In this document: one piece after another, positions 19,166-29,900 of the stretch
How positions within the stretch are numbered: the stretch's first letter is position 1
Layout of the letters: each line of letters opens with the position of its first letter
Assembly (NCBI GenBank): GCA_016744705.1
Contig: JADGDU010000004.1
Span: 118,801-182,800 of the forward strand
Origin: Candidatus Krumholzibacteriia bacterium
Lineage (GTDB): Bacteria > Krumholzibacteriota > Krumholzibacteriia > LZORAL124-64-63
DNA length: 64,000 nucleotides
Direction of reading: 5' to 3'
Notes under the pieces: model-generated
Databases searched by the model: none
Told to the model about the DNA's origin: nothing
The model's input: the letters and a program-made list of their open reading frames with translations, nothing else
Position numbers and translations under genes: made by a program

Positions 19166-20098
19166 TCAAAAAGCCGACACCTGAGCCTTGCGAGCAAAAT
19201 GGAATGAGCCACGCATGACGACCGACCCGGTGGCTGTCAGGTTGATGGTTGTTATGGTTCCGTTGGTTGTGATGACCTGGAGCTGGGCCAGAGTGGGACG
19301 ACCCAGGCTGTGCCCCTGTTCGGTGGTGATGGTGGTTTGAATGGTGGAGGGGACCATTTTGCGGTCAACGATATAGGCGGCTGCGGCAGCCAGGCTGGTG
19401 CCGCTGGCGATGTCTTCTTTGGGGCCCATTCTAGGCTGGAAAAAACGACATTGAAAGTCGGAATCCTGATTGATGGTTTCGGGACAGATGAGCGTTAGGC
19501 CGCCAACGCCCCGGCGGTCGGTCAGAGAGTTGATGGCCGCCTGGTTCAGGAATGAGCCCCGCATGGTTTGGCGATCCGCCACCGGCACGATGATTTGATC
19601 GAAACCACAAGAAATGCGTTGGGGACCGTGGTCACCCAGACTCAACAGTTCCGGCTCAACCCCCAAGGCTTGGGCCACCTCCTGGACCGGAACAGGCTCC
19701 CCAAATCGGGGGGCGGGCAACTCCAAGGTAACTTCAGTATTACCGGTTTGGTTGCGTTTGAGAGTCACCGGTAGAATGCCTGCGCCCGTTTCCAGCCGGA
19801 AAGTGGAACCATGGGCCGTGGGCTTGTAGAAACCCCGGTCCGCCATGGAAATGAAAGCTGCGATAACCACATGCCCGCTCAGGTTCGCCTCGAGGCGGCT
19901 GGTGAAGAAGCGCAGGCGAACGTCGGCTCCGGGGGTGGCCGGTGGCAGAACAAAGCCCGCTTCCATGGAAAGTTCATCAGTGATTTGCAGCATCTCAGCT
20001 TCGGTCAAACTACCTGCATTGGGAATGATAGCCGCGGGGTTGCCGGTGAAAGGTCGGTCAGCGAAAGCATCAACGATGTGAAAAGGAATAATAGCCAT
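19166..20098 (-). CDS. PhzF family isomerase/epimerase
   Basis: VDAFADRPFTGNPAA, LRFFT...E..LSGH, EDIASG, EQGHSLGRP. Confidence 0.85.
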   Translation of the reverse strand: MAIIPFHIVDAFADRPFTGNPAAIIPNAGSLTEAEMLQITDELSMEAGFVLPPATPGADVRLRFFTSRLEANLSGHVVIAAFISMADRGFYKPTAHGSTFRLETGAGILPVTLKRNQTGNTEVTLELPAPRFGEPVPVQEVAQALGVEPELLSLGDHGPQRISCGFDQIIVPVADRQTMRGSFLNQAAINSLTDRRGVGGLTLICPETINQDSDFQCRFFQPRMGPKEDIASGTSLAAAAAYIVDRKMVPSTIQTTITTEQGHSLGRPTLAQLQVITTNGTITTINLTATGSVVMRGSFHFARKAQVSAF

Positions 20099-20209
20099 GA
20101 GCGACCTCTTTCGAAATGGCAACGCGCCAGCGTCGCCGCCAAGGAAACCGAAAGTGACTCAGAACAATGATCTGAAGCAGATTTATGTGGTCTCTTAACG
20201 GTGCTGGGT

Positions 20210-20240
20210 TTATCCGAAACAGCTCTATATTATGTTAAAT
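20210..20240. other. dif-like Xer half-site(s)
   Basis: TCTATA TTATGTTAAAT at 20224-20240 matches the E. coli dif centre plus XerD arm at 16/17 positions. The canonical XerC arm is missing from its expected place. Confidence 0.3.
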
Positions 20241-20268
20241 ACGCTCTGTGTTTTTGCCAAATCACGCC

Positions 20269-20838
20269 CTAACCAAAACACAATCCACAATCAGGGCAAT
20301 CCACCTCTTCCCCACCCAGCTCAAAACCACACGCCGGGCAGGATTCAATTTCATATTCCCGTGCAAAGCCATGCTCCTGGCCCGGGTGCAGCGCTGCAAA
20401 CTCTTTTCTGATAATGGCTTCGGCCTTATCGTAATTTTCCATTCCTACAAAAATCATATATTGAAACCCTTCGACCACACCGCCCACTGGAACATGGCCT
20501 GCAGTTCCTCCAGAAACCATCGTGCCAAATACAACGGAAAAACTGTGTTTCAAAGCAGCTGATTTGTATTGCGTGAACGGCAAAATCGAAGCGTGAATTC
20601 CTGCCGCAGCCAAATGCCCCAGATAGGATTCGATGATGGGTTCATCATCAACAGTCAATTGTCCTAAAATTTTTCCTTCAGGTACGTTGTCCCAACCGGC
20701 CTCCTCAATCTTGCCTGCCAAAACCCCTTCGGTCGTTGGAGCATCCCATTGTAAAGGGATTTCACAATCGCTGCAGGTTTGGGCCCGTGAGAGATATTCA
20801 GCACCGCAGTTGGGGCAAATTTTGTGCATCTCTGGCAT
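20269..20838 (-). CDS. Hypothetical protein with N- and C-terminal zinc ribbons
   Basis: CPNCG...CSDC at the N-terminus and CPACG...CPDCG at the C-terminus; GGAGG RBS. Confidence 0.75.
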   Translation of the reverse strand: MPEMHKICPNCGAEYLSRAQTCSDCEIPLQWDAPTTEGVLAGKIEEAGWDNVPEGKILGQLTVDDEPIIESYLGHLAAAGIHASILPFTQYKSAALKHSFSVVFGTMVSGGTAGHVPVGGVVEGFQYMIFVGMENYDKAEAIIRKEFAALHPGQEHGFAREYEIESCPACGFELGGEEVDCPDCGLCFG

Positions 20839-21011
20839 GGCATTCCCTCCACGAAAACAGGAAAAAATATATTACCCTATAGGATCAGAACCATATGGCT
20901 GGATTCTACCCCAGATAGTTTCAACTCTCAATATCCAAACTACCCTTGCCACTTAGCCTTCAGAAAGCTTTTTTTAGTAACTCTCCTCACAGATATATCC
21001 GAAAGGCTGAA

Positions 21012-23072
21012 ATGGTTTCCACTCAAGGCATTTTCCGCACTCTGCTCCTGCTGTTCATTCTGGCCACCAGCGCCCTGCCTACTGCTGCCACTACGGTGGA
21101 TGCCCTCTCCCTATATAATCAGGCCTGCGATGCCAGCCTCGCCGGGCAAACAGATTCGGCTCAGGTTCTATTCCAACAAGCCCTGCAGGCCGGATTTGAT
21201 GATCTTCGCTACGCTCTTTCAGACCCGGACTTGGATAATTTGAGAGCATCGAGTGAATTTAAGGATCTGCTCCTCAACCACCAAAGCAACCTGACTCTGC
21301 TCAGCAGTGAGCGGGGGCTTGAACTGGAAAGCCAGCAATGGACCCCATGGACTGAATTGGAAGCATCCTCTGGTACCAACCAGCAACCAGCCACCATGCG
21401 CCTGCAATGGCAACCGCTGGGATTGGATTTTGAAGTCAAGCTATCCGGAGAGATGGCCACAGCATTCAACGGCACCACGGCGCCTCCCGCCAGCGGCGGC
21501 CCCAGTATGATGATCACTTTGGCCATACTTGACGGAACCTCACCCTATGAAAGCACCAATTCATTCCATTTTCTTTTCGGAAAGAACAAAACATCCGGTA
21601 TGGGCGCTCTCTACCTGGGAAATGGCTGGCAACCGGTCAACGAACTGACGCCAAACATAACATCCCCGGTAAAAGATCAGATTCTCCTCAGCGGGACCAT
21701 CACCTGGCAAACCATTCTGCCTTACCATCCTTTGGTCGATACCACCTTGGGTTTGAACATTGCCCTGCAAAGCGGTGGTGCCGAAAACCACACTCAGACT
21801 TTGTTCCCCGACCCGCAAGCGCTGGCTCCGGGCTCAGAATTTCATCGCTTTGTCCCCGCCATTTTCGACCTCGGCTCCACAGATTACGAAGCCATGGTGG
21901 GACATATGAGCCAGAGTGTGGTATCTGATGACCCCCTGCAATGCGACCTGAATGTGCTTTCCTTTGAAACCGGCACCGGGTACCTGCAAATGGACTTCCT
22001 GGACGAAAAGGGTCAATCAGTATTGGACGGAGGAGCCCGGCCAGTGCCCATGGAATTGCAGAGTGGCGTCAATTCCCTCACCCAATCGGCAGATTTCCGG
22101 GCCTTGAAATTGGGGCCTTACCTGGTGAAAGTTGATCTGGAATTACCCTCGGGCAACACCATGACCTGGAGCTCCCTTGTTCTGAACATGGGCCCCCACT
22201 GGCAAACAAATTTCCAGCAACGAATCGACAAACTATCCGCTCAGGATCAACCCACGGCCGATTTCTATATGCACACTGTAGAATCGGCCATTGATCTCCT
22301 GGCATCGCGGCGCCACCCGGGAAGCCTGACCACCACTCTGCTGGAATTGGACGCCTTTGTGATTGCGGGAACTGCCAGCGGTAGCATCTTGCCCAATAGC
22401 GGAGTTTTTATCCTGGTATGGAACGACAGCTTGGGCCAGGAGCGTTTTTGCAGTCTCTACCTACCGGTGGGTTACAAGAAAAACACAGGCCTTGAGCCGG
22501 TGGTCCTATGGGCCAATGCAGCCGGGGTGGAAAGACGGCTGGCCGCCAGAATTGGCAAATTTGCTGAGTACCCGCGCAAATCGCCCATTCCCGCTGCCGC
22601 CGAAGATAAAAAAACTCCCATTTACCTGGTCCCCCACTCACCAGAGAAACCTTATGCCTCCCTTGATGCTGAAGTGGCCGATATGCACGCCTTCCTCCAA
22701 TGGGTTGAGAGTTATTTCCAAACCGAAGCCACAGCCCTCGCTGGCATGAATGCGGCCTCCGGAGCGGTGCTCGATTTTTCCCGACTCCATCCGGAAATGC
22801 TTTCCCGCATCCTGATCTATTCCGGCGCCTTGCTGGATCCCTGGCCTCAAGCCAACGCTTCATTTTTGGAGAGCAAATTTCCTGCAAAACCAAAGAACTA
22901 CCCTCCTCTGACCTGGATTGATTTTTTCAGGGAGACTCAGGCGGCGGGTCAGGGCCAGTTGTTGCTATCAGTTCTGGACAAGGCAGGATACATTCATGGC
23001 CCGGTGGAAAAGGTCAAAGGCGGCCTCAGCCTGACCCAGGTGGGCGACCGCCTGGTTCTTTGGGTAGAATAG
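21012..23072 (+). CDS. Secreted multidomain protein: TPR-like repeat, beta-rich central region, degenerate alpha/beta-hydrolase
   Basis: Signal peptide; YNQAC...ALQAGFDD...SDPDLDNLR (TPR-like); C-terminal SLYLPVGY...PVVLW...ALAGMNAASGA resembling an esterase fold. Confidence 0.7.
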   Translation: MVSTQGIFRTLLLLFILATSALPTAATTVDALSLYNQACDASLAGQTDSAQVLFQQALQAGFDDLRYALSDPDLDNLRASSEFKDLLLNHQSNLTLLSSERGLELESQQWTPWTELEASSGTNQQPATMRLQWQPLGLDFEVKLSGEMATAFNGTTAPPASGGPSMMITLAILDGTSPYESTNSFHFLFGKNKTSGMGALYLGNGWQPVNELTPNITSPVKDQILLSGTITWQTILPYHPLVDTTLGLNIALQSGGAENHTQTLFPDPQALAPGSEFHRFVPAIFDLGSTDYEAMVGHMSQSVVSDDPLQCDLNVLSFETGTGYLQMDFLDEKGQSVLDGGARPVPMELQSGVNSLTQSADFRALKLGPYLVKVDLELPSGNTMTWSSLVLNMGPHWQTNFQQRIDKLSAQDQPTADFYMHTVESAIDLLASRRHPGSLTTTLLELDAFVIAGTASGSILPNSGVFILVWNDSLGQERFCSLYLPVGYKKNTGLEPVVLWANAAGVERRLAARIGKFAEYPRKSPIPAAAEDKKTPIYLVPHSPEKPYASLDAEVADMHAFLQWVESYFQTEATALAGMNAASGAVLDFSRLHPEMLSRILIYSGALLDPWPQANASFLESKFPAKPKNYPPLTWIDFFRETQAAGQGQLLLSVLDKAGYIHGPVEKVKGGLSLTQVGDRLVLWVE

Positions 23073-23164
23073 CCCAACAAAACCGCTGGTTTTTCAAGAC
23101 TTGACCGTTGTGTTGGTGGATGAGTATGCCACCATTGCACCATTTTTTTTTTGGAGGATTCATT

Positions 23165-24400
23165 GTGACCCACCGCCGCGCCCTGGATATGCTGCTTATT
23201 TTGCTGGGATTGAGTATTTTTGCTACTCCCGCCTCTTTCGCCCAACCCATCATCGACAATCCAGCAGAGCCAGCCAAGGGCCACAAAGACATGCAATTGC
23301 AAGAGATGTGGCGCATTGGCGGAGAAGATGATGAAGAGACTCTGCTGGGCGTAGTGAACCGAGTGCTGGCCGATGATGAGGATAACGTCTATTTGCTGGA
23401 TACCCAATTGACAGAAGTTCTGGTCATTGATGCCGATGGCGAGTATTTGCTTTCTCTGGGCAGCCAGGGAGAAGGTCCTGGTGAATTGCGGCGCGCCGCC
23501 GATGTTCTTTTCATGCCCGACGGGGCTGTGGGATTGGTTCAGGGTTTTCCAGGGAAAATTGTCAAAGTTGACCATCAGGGTATTCCCGCCGGAGAATTCC
23601 GCCCCGGCGGCGATGACCCCGAAGCCGGAGGATTTTTTGCTCTCCGGGGTGCCGCTTCCAGAGGAGGACGCCTGGTCTTCAGTGGAACCCGCATCACTCG
23701 GGGCGAAGACTCTCGCACTGCTGTCAATTTCATTGCCTCTTTTGATGAAGATGGCGCCCAACAGACCCTCTACCACGATACAACTTCGGTTCGGCAGTTC
23801 CGGGGAGAGGATTTTTCTGAAAAAAAGGAATTTTTCCCTCATGAAAGTGGCTGGGCTCTGGCAGCCGATGGCAGGGTCTACGTCAATAAAGAGCGAAACA
23901 ATTACGAGATAATGGTTTACAGCCCAAGTGGTGCTCTTGAGCGCACCATAAAACGCCCTTATCAGAGCTACAAAAGAAGCGCTGAAGAGAAAAAAATCGC
24001 CGAAGATGGCCTCATGCCTTGGAGAAGACGCAACCGCAGCCGCTTTAACTTCGTAGTGGAGCCGACTGAAGCAGATGTTGCTGGCATGCGGGTTACAGAC
24101 GATGGGCACCTCTGGGTTTTACCCAGCCGGGGCCTGAGAAACCAACCCGAGGGCGTGCATTCCACCTGGGATGTTTTCGACAATGCAGGCCAATTCGAAC
24201 AAACCGTAGCAGTGCATTGCGAAGGCGTGGGACTTCGCGACAAACTCTTTTTCACAGATACCGGTTTGGTCGTTTTAGTTAAACAATATGCCGATGCGAT
24301 GAAAGCCTTCCAGGGCCAAAATCGCGAAGAAGATGAGGCAGCGGAAGAAGAGATTGAAGGACTGCCTCTGGAAGTGATTTGTTACCGGATTATTCCGTGA
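23165..24400 (+). CDS. Secreted 6-bladed beta-propeller (NHL/DUF5128-like), copy 1
   Basis: GTG start after GGAGG; signal peptide; WRIGG, NVYLLD, GSQGEGPGE, DGRVYV, DGHLWV, WDVFDNAG blade motifs. Confidence 0.8.
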   Translation: MTHRRALDMLLILLGLSIFATPASFAQPIIDNPAEPAKGHKDMQLQEMWRIGGEDDEETLLGVVNRVLADDEDNVYLLDTQLTEVLVIDADGEYLLSLGSQGEGPGELRRAADVLFMPDGAVGLVQGFPGKIVKVDHQGIPAGEFRPGGDDPEAGGFFALRGAASRGGRLVFSGTRITRGEDSRTAVNFIASFDEDGAQQTLYHDTTSVRQFRGEDFSEKKEFFPHESGWALAADGRVYVNKERNNYEIMVYSPSGALERTIKRPYQSYKRSAEEKKIAEDGLMPWRRRNRSRFNFVVEPTEADVAGMRVTDDGHLWVLPSRGLRNQPEGVHSTWDVFDNAGQFEQTVAVHCEGVGLRDKLFFTDTGLVVLVKQYADAMKAFQGQNREEDEAAEEEIEGLPLEVICYRIIP

Positions 24401-24414
24401 TTCAGGAGGATTTC

Positions 24415-25629
24415 ATGCTGCACCATAGAAATGTCGCTGTTCTTTGTCTGGGCGTTGTGATGATTTTGGCCACAGGAGCCCTATCTCAAACCGTCATCAA
24501 CAATCCCGCCCAACCTGCCCAAGGAATCCAAAAGGTCTCATTAGTTGAACAATGGCGCATTGGCGGCGATGATGAAGATCTCTTCTTTGGCACCGTGGGT
24601 CGCATCCAAATGGGCCCCGACGGAAACCTCTACATTTTAGACGGACAGCTGAGCCAGGTCCAGGTCATCAGCCCTGATGGTGAACACATAGCCTCTTTGA
24701 GCAAAGAAGGCGACGGCCCCGGTGAAGTGCGCCGACCCGGCGACATGTATTTGTCCGACGATGGAACCATCAACATCCTCAATGGCTTCCCAGGCAAAGT
24801 TGTCTCCATCACCCCTGATGGCACACCCGTAAGCACTGTGGGCTACTCCATTGATGGCAAACAGACCCAGTTTGGTGTTTTCATCCGTGGTATGGCCACC
24901 GAGAATGGGATCATTCTTGGGGGCATCAACATGACTTTTGGCGGCGGCCCCCTGAGCGAGCAGAATTATTACCTGGCCCGTTGCGATGCTGAAGGAAACG
25001 AAATCAATCGTTTGGCAGAAAAAAGCAATACTATCGATTACAGTGATTTCCGCCTCACAGAAGAATCCATGGACTTTATCTGGGCCCGCATGGCCGCCGG
25101 ACCTGATGGACAAATTTATCTGGGCCTGGACCGGGATCAATATTCCATCTCCGTCATGGATCCCGATGGCACAGTCAACCGCATCATCAACCGCTCACTT
25201 GATATCCCTGCCCGCTCCGACCGGCAAAAGAAGATAGCCACCCAGATCATCGAAGCGGTGGCTGTCAATTATCAGGCTCCTCTGCAGGGCTTGGAAATTG
25301 AGGACAAAGAACCGGCCATTGGCAATATCACTGTTACCAACGACAACCACATCTGGGTTAGCCCCGGTGTGGGAGATGAGGCATTGCCCGCGGGAACATG
25401 GGCCATCTTTGATGTGTTCGATCCCGACGGAAAATTTGAAAAGCAGGTGGCATTTGAAGGTTCTTTTAACCGGAATCGTGATTCCATCACCATTTTGCCT
25501 GACGGCCGTATCCTGGTAACAACAGGCGCTCTGGATGCATTCCTCAATCAAATGGGTGCCGTCAACGACGCCGACGAACAACCGGAAATCGACCCTCTGG
25601 AAATCATTTGTTTCAAAATTGAAAATTAA
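24415..25629 (+). CDS. Secreted 6-bladed beta-propeller (NHL/DUF5128-like), copy 2
   Basis: ATG after AGGAGG; signal peptide; WRIGG, GNLYILD, KEGDGPGE, DGQIYL, NHIWV, FDVFDPDG; collinear with copy 1. Confidence 0.8.
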   Translation: MLHHRNVAVLCLGVVMILATGALSQTVINNPAQPAQGIQKVSLVEQWRIGGDDEDLFFGTVGRIQMGPDGNLYILDGQLSQVQVISPDGEHIASLSKEGDGPGEVRRPGDMYLSDDGTINILNGFPGKVVSITPDGTPVSTVGYSIDGKQTQFGVFIRGMATENGIILGGINMTFGGGPLSEQNYYLARCDAEGNEINRLAEKSNTIDYSDFRLTEESMDFIWARMAAGPDGQIYLGLDRDQYSISVMDPDGTVNRIINRSLDIPARSDRQKKIATQIIEAVAVNYQAPLQGLEIEDKEPAIGNITVTNDNHIWVSPGVGDEALPAGTWAIFDVFDPDGKFEKQVAFEGSFNRNRDSITILPDGRILVTTGALDAFLNQMGAVNDADEQPEIDPLEIICFKIEN

Positions 25630-25655
25630 ACAGCTCACCTTTTGAAAGGCCGAAA

Positions 25656-26981
25656 ATGAAGACGTTCCTGACACTGGTTCCTTCCCGCCGGATGATGCTT
25701 GCGGCGATGCTGATCCTCTCCCTGGCCCTATTCAGTGGTTGTTTTGGCGAAGGTGGCGATGCTGCCTCCGCCGATTCCACCGCCACTGCTGACAGCGCGG
25801 GCGCCGATGAATCCGGCGAAAAAGAGAAGAAGAAGCCCAAGAAGGAAAAGTCCATCAAGGTTAATGTGGGAATGGTCACCCAAAATGACCTGGTGCTGCC
25901 CGTTTTTGCCGACGGAGCCATCCGCACGCCCAAATCCTTGTTGATCAAAACCAAAGTCAGTGGCGAGCTGCTTTCGGTGCTTGTGCGAGACGGAGACGTG
26001 GTGCGCAAGGGACAGGTACTGGCCCGCATCGATTCCCGCGAGTATGAAATAGCCTTGGAGGAGAGTCGGTACCGCCATCTGCAGGCCCTGAGCCAGATGG
26101 CCGCCGAAGCTGATACCTTCACCGTCAATCATGCGGCCATGAAGGAATTTACGGTGGGCCGAGATGAACTGGAAAAGCTATACAAAAGAGGCGGCCTGAC
26201 TCGCGAAGAATATAAAAACCGCATTTTGGAATTGGAAATGGACAGTCTGAACAAGGGAGCCTTCCGCGAAGCTGTCTTCCAGCAACGCACCGGTTTGGCC
26301 GAAGCACGCATGGCCGAAGAACGGGCTGAATTAAACCTGGAATACACGGACATCCGTGCTCCCTTCTCTGGCGTCATTCAGGGTATGACCATGGTGGTCG
26401 GTGAGATTGTCACCACCGGCACCAGTGTTTGCACCATATTCAACAATGACAATCTTGAAGCCGTCATCAATGTCCTGGAAGCTGATTTGGGCAACCTCAA
26501 AGTTGGTCGCCCGGTGTTGCTGGCCGTGCCCGCCACCAACGACACCCTCCAGGCCAAAATTGATGTCATCAGCCCCACCCTCGATGCGGCCACACGCACC
26601 TGCGAAGTGATCATCCGTTTCAAAAACCCCGAAGGAAAATACCGCCCTGGCATGTTCGTGCGCACTCGGATTGCCGGTTGGGTTTACCCTGACAAATTGA
26701 TGGTTCCCAAGTCAGCCATCCTCATCCGCGACAATCGCACTCTTGTGTTCAAGAGGGATGAAGACCGTGCCAAATGGTTGTATGTGGACACCGGCCTGCA
26801 AAATGACGACTGGGTGGAAATTCTGGCAGTGCACAGTGGCGGCAGCCTCGCCCCCGGAGACGAAGTGGTCGTCAGCGATCATCTCACTCTGGCACACGAA
26901 GCCAAGATTAAGGTGCGCAAACGCTTGCCGGCGGCCAACCGCTGGGGATTTGCTGATCTGGGTGAAGGTGCCGCACAATGA
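25656..26981 (+). CDS. RND periplasmic adaptor (membrane fusion protein), lipoprotein
   Basis: Lipobox LFSGC; SGELLSVLVRDGDVVRKGQVL, TDIRAPFSG, YRPGMFV, LMVPKSAI, VDTGL. Confidence 0.92.
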   Translation: MKTFLTLVPSRRMMLAAMLILSLALFSGCFGEGGDAASADSTATADSAGADESGEKEKKKPKKEKSIKVNVGMVTQNDLVLPVFADGAIRTPKSLLIKTKVSGELLSVLVRDGDVVRKGQVLARIDSREYEIALEESRYRHLQALSQMAAEADTFTVNHAAMKEFTVGRDELEKLYKRGGLTREEYKNRILELEMDSLNKGAFREAVFQQRTGLAEARMAEERAELNLEYTDIRAPFSGVIQGMTMVVGEIVTTGTSVCTIFNNDNLEAVINVLEADLGNLKVGRPVLLAVPATNDTLQAKIDVISPTLDAATRTCEVIIRFKNPEGKYRPGMFVRTRIAGWVYPDKLMVPKSAILIRDNRTLVFKRDEDRAKWLYVDTGLQNDDWVEILAVHSGGSLAPGDEVVVSDHLTLAHEAKIKVRKRLPAANRWGFADLGEGAAQ

Positions 26982-29900
26982 TCATCAAGACAGCAGTCCG
27001 GCGACCGGTCGCCATTCTGATGGTTTTCCTGGGCATGGTGTTGATTGGTTATCGCGCCAAGCAGCTGCTTTCCATCGATCTTTTGCCTACGATCAACTAC
27101 CCTAATCTCACGGTCATCACCAACTACGAAGACACACCCGCTGATGATTTGACTCGGCTGGTGACCCGTCCACTGGAAGAGGTTATCACCGGACTGGCGG
27201 GCGTGCGTCGGGTGGTTTCCAAAACGCGAGAAGGTGTTTCAACCATCACCGTGCAGTATGAGTGGGGCACCGAGATGGACTTTGCGAATCTGCATTTGCG
27301 GGAGTCCATTGATCGGGTCTCTTATCAGGAAGATTTCCCCGAAGCTGCAGATCGTCCATTGATATTGCGTTGGGATCCCAGCGCTCGGCCCATTGCCATC
27401 CTTGTGCTGCATGGGGACAGTCCCATGGCTCGCATGACAGAGTTTGCCAGGGAAGTGGTCAAGCCTGCCATCGAACAGATTGATGGTGTGAGCCAGGCTG
27501 AGGTCATCGGTGGTGCCGACCGTGAAATTCTGGTGCAACCAGACTTTGGCAAAATGCGTTTGTACGGACTGACCATGGCTGACCTGGGCCAAGCCTTGCG
27601 AGTGGCCAACATCAGTTTCCCCGGCGGGCGTATCCGTAAAGGACCTCTGCATTTGCCCCTGCGCATTTTGGGTGAGTTTGAAAACTTGGATGATATTCGC
27701 CAGACGGAAATCCCTGCCGCCGGCCCCGGCATTACCATCAGCGATGTAGCCGAAGTTCTGGACACTGCCAAGGAACCCGATGGTTACACCCTCAACGACA
27801 ACGAAGAAGTTGTCTCTCTGCACCTCTATAAAGATGTGGGCGAAAACACCATCACCACCACTGAAGAAGTGGACCGCATTCTGGACATCCTGCAGGGACA
27901 ATACCCTGATCTGGATTATAACTTTATATACCGTGATGCCGATTTTGTTGAAGAGAGTTTCAAGGGCATGAACCAGTCGCTGATTTATGGCGCCGGCCTG
28001 GCCTTCATCGTGCTCTTTTTCTTCCTCATGGATTGGCGCAGCCCCATCGTTGTGGGCCTGGCCATTCCTGTATCGATCATGACAACGTTTGCCTTCCTGC
28101 ACTTTGCCAAAGTGGGCCTGAACCTGATGTCCCTTGGGGGGCTCAGCCTGGCTGCGGGTATGCTCGTGGATAACTCCATCGTGGTGCTGGAGAACATCAA
28201 CCGCCACCTGAAACTCAAACGCAAGGATGGCGAATCCATCTCCGACGTGTGCGCTCGCGCCGCTGGTGAAGTGGCTTCTCCGGTCATCGCTGCTACTCTC
28301 ACTACCGTAGCCGTTTTCTTTCCTGTGATTTATGTGCCTGGCATTGCCGGTGAGTTTTTTCGCGACCAGGCCATGACCGTGACCATCAGCCTGATCGTAT
28401 CTATTTTTGCTGCCTTGCTGCTGCAACCAATGCTTTCTGCCCACATTCTGCGCATTCCTGGTGATCGCCCGGCCCCGATATTTCGCCCCGGTGAACGCAT
28501 TTTTCAGGCCATTCAGTCGTTTTATCACCGGCGGTTAGAAACGGTCATGGATCATAAGATCTTATTCTTTACCGCTTTAACTATCTGCGTGGTATTGGCC
28601 GGTTATCTGGGCTCCACCATGCGCTTGGGATTCATGCCTGACCGCACCCGCGGAGATTTCACACTGGCAGTGGAGTTACCCGCCGGCACACCCTTGGAGA
28701 TGACCAGGAAGGCCGCCTCAGACCTGGCCGAATTCATCGCTCCCATGGATGAAGTGGAAACAGTTTATGCTCAAGTGGGTGTCACTGAACGCACCCTGGC
28801 CAGCCTCAAAGATTACAGTGCTGCCAATACCGCCCGCATCCGAGTGATGCTGCACCCCAGTCGTCATGGCCGGGGTGATTTGGCCAAGATCAAAGAGAGA
28901 CTGCAACCTATGCTTGAGGCTCAAGTGGGCGCTATCTTCACCTACCATGAAGAAGGCGTCGGCTTGCGGGAAATCCTGGCCAGTGGTGAGGCAGCTTTCA
29001 CGCTGGGTATCACCGCCGAAAAAAGCACCAATGCCTTGGCCACCGCTGAAACTCTTTTGCCCCTCCTGCGCGAAGTCCCCGGTCTGCAAGGCGTGGAGAT
29101 GGACCGGGTCATGGGCAACCCCACAGTAGAAATCAGCATCAACCGGGAAAAAGCCCTGCGCTTTGGACTTGAGCCGGAAAGCCTGGCTCAGGAATTGAAG
29201 AACCGTATCCAGGGTACCGTGGCCACGACTTATAATGAAGTGGAACAACGCATCGATATTGCCGTCAGACTGCCAAGGGAAACTCGGTATGATCTGCCCA
29301 CCGTGCTGGCCTCCCCCATTGCCATAGGCGACAAAACCGTGCCCCTGGGTTCCTTTGTCATCCAGACCACAGGCACCCCGGTGCGTGAAATCGTTCGCCG
29401 GGATCAGCGACGCCAAATCACTCTCACCAGCGATGTGACCGACCGCGCCGTGGCTGATATTTGGGTCGACGTCAATGCCATCCTGGATGACACCAAATTG
29501 CTGGATGGCGTAGCCTTCCAAACCGGTGGCGAGCAGGAAGAAATCAACACCAGCTTCCGGGATTTGGGTTGGGCTTTGCTGCTATCCGCCCTCCTGGTTT
29601 ATATGATTCTGGCTGCCCAGTTTGAAAGTTTCCTGGACCCGCTCATCATTTCTGCGGTGCTGCCGGTGGGTATTGCCGGTGCCCTGATCACTCTGTATCT
29701 CACCGGGCAAACCATGAACATCATTTCGCTCATCGGTATGATTGCTCTGCTGGGTATTGCGGTGAACGATGCCATTGTAAAAGTGGCCACCATCCGGCGC
29801 TTGCGTGAAGGCGGGCTGCGAGGCCGCGAGGCCATTCTGCAAGCCAGCACCTTGCGCTTCCGCCCCATCATCATGACCACCGTGACCACTGTGTTGGCCA

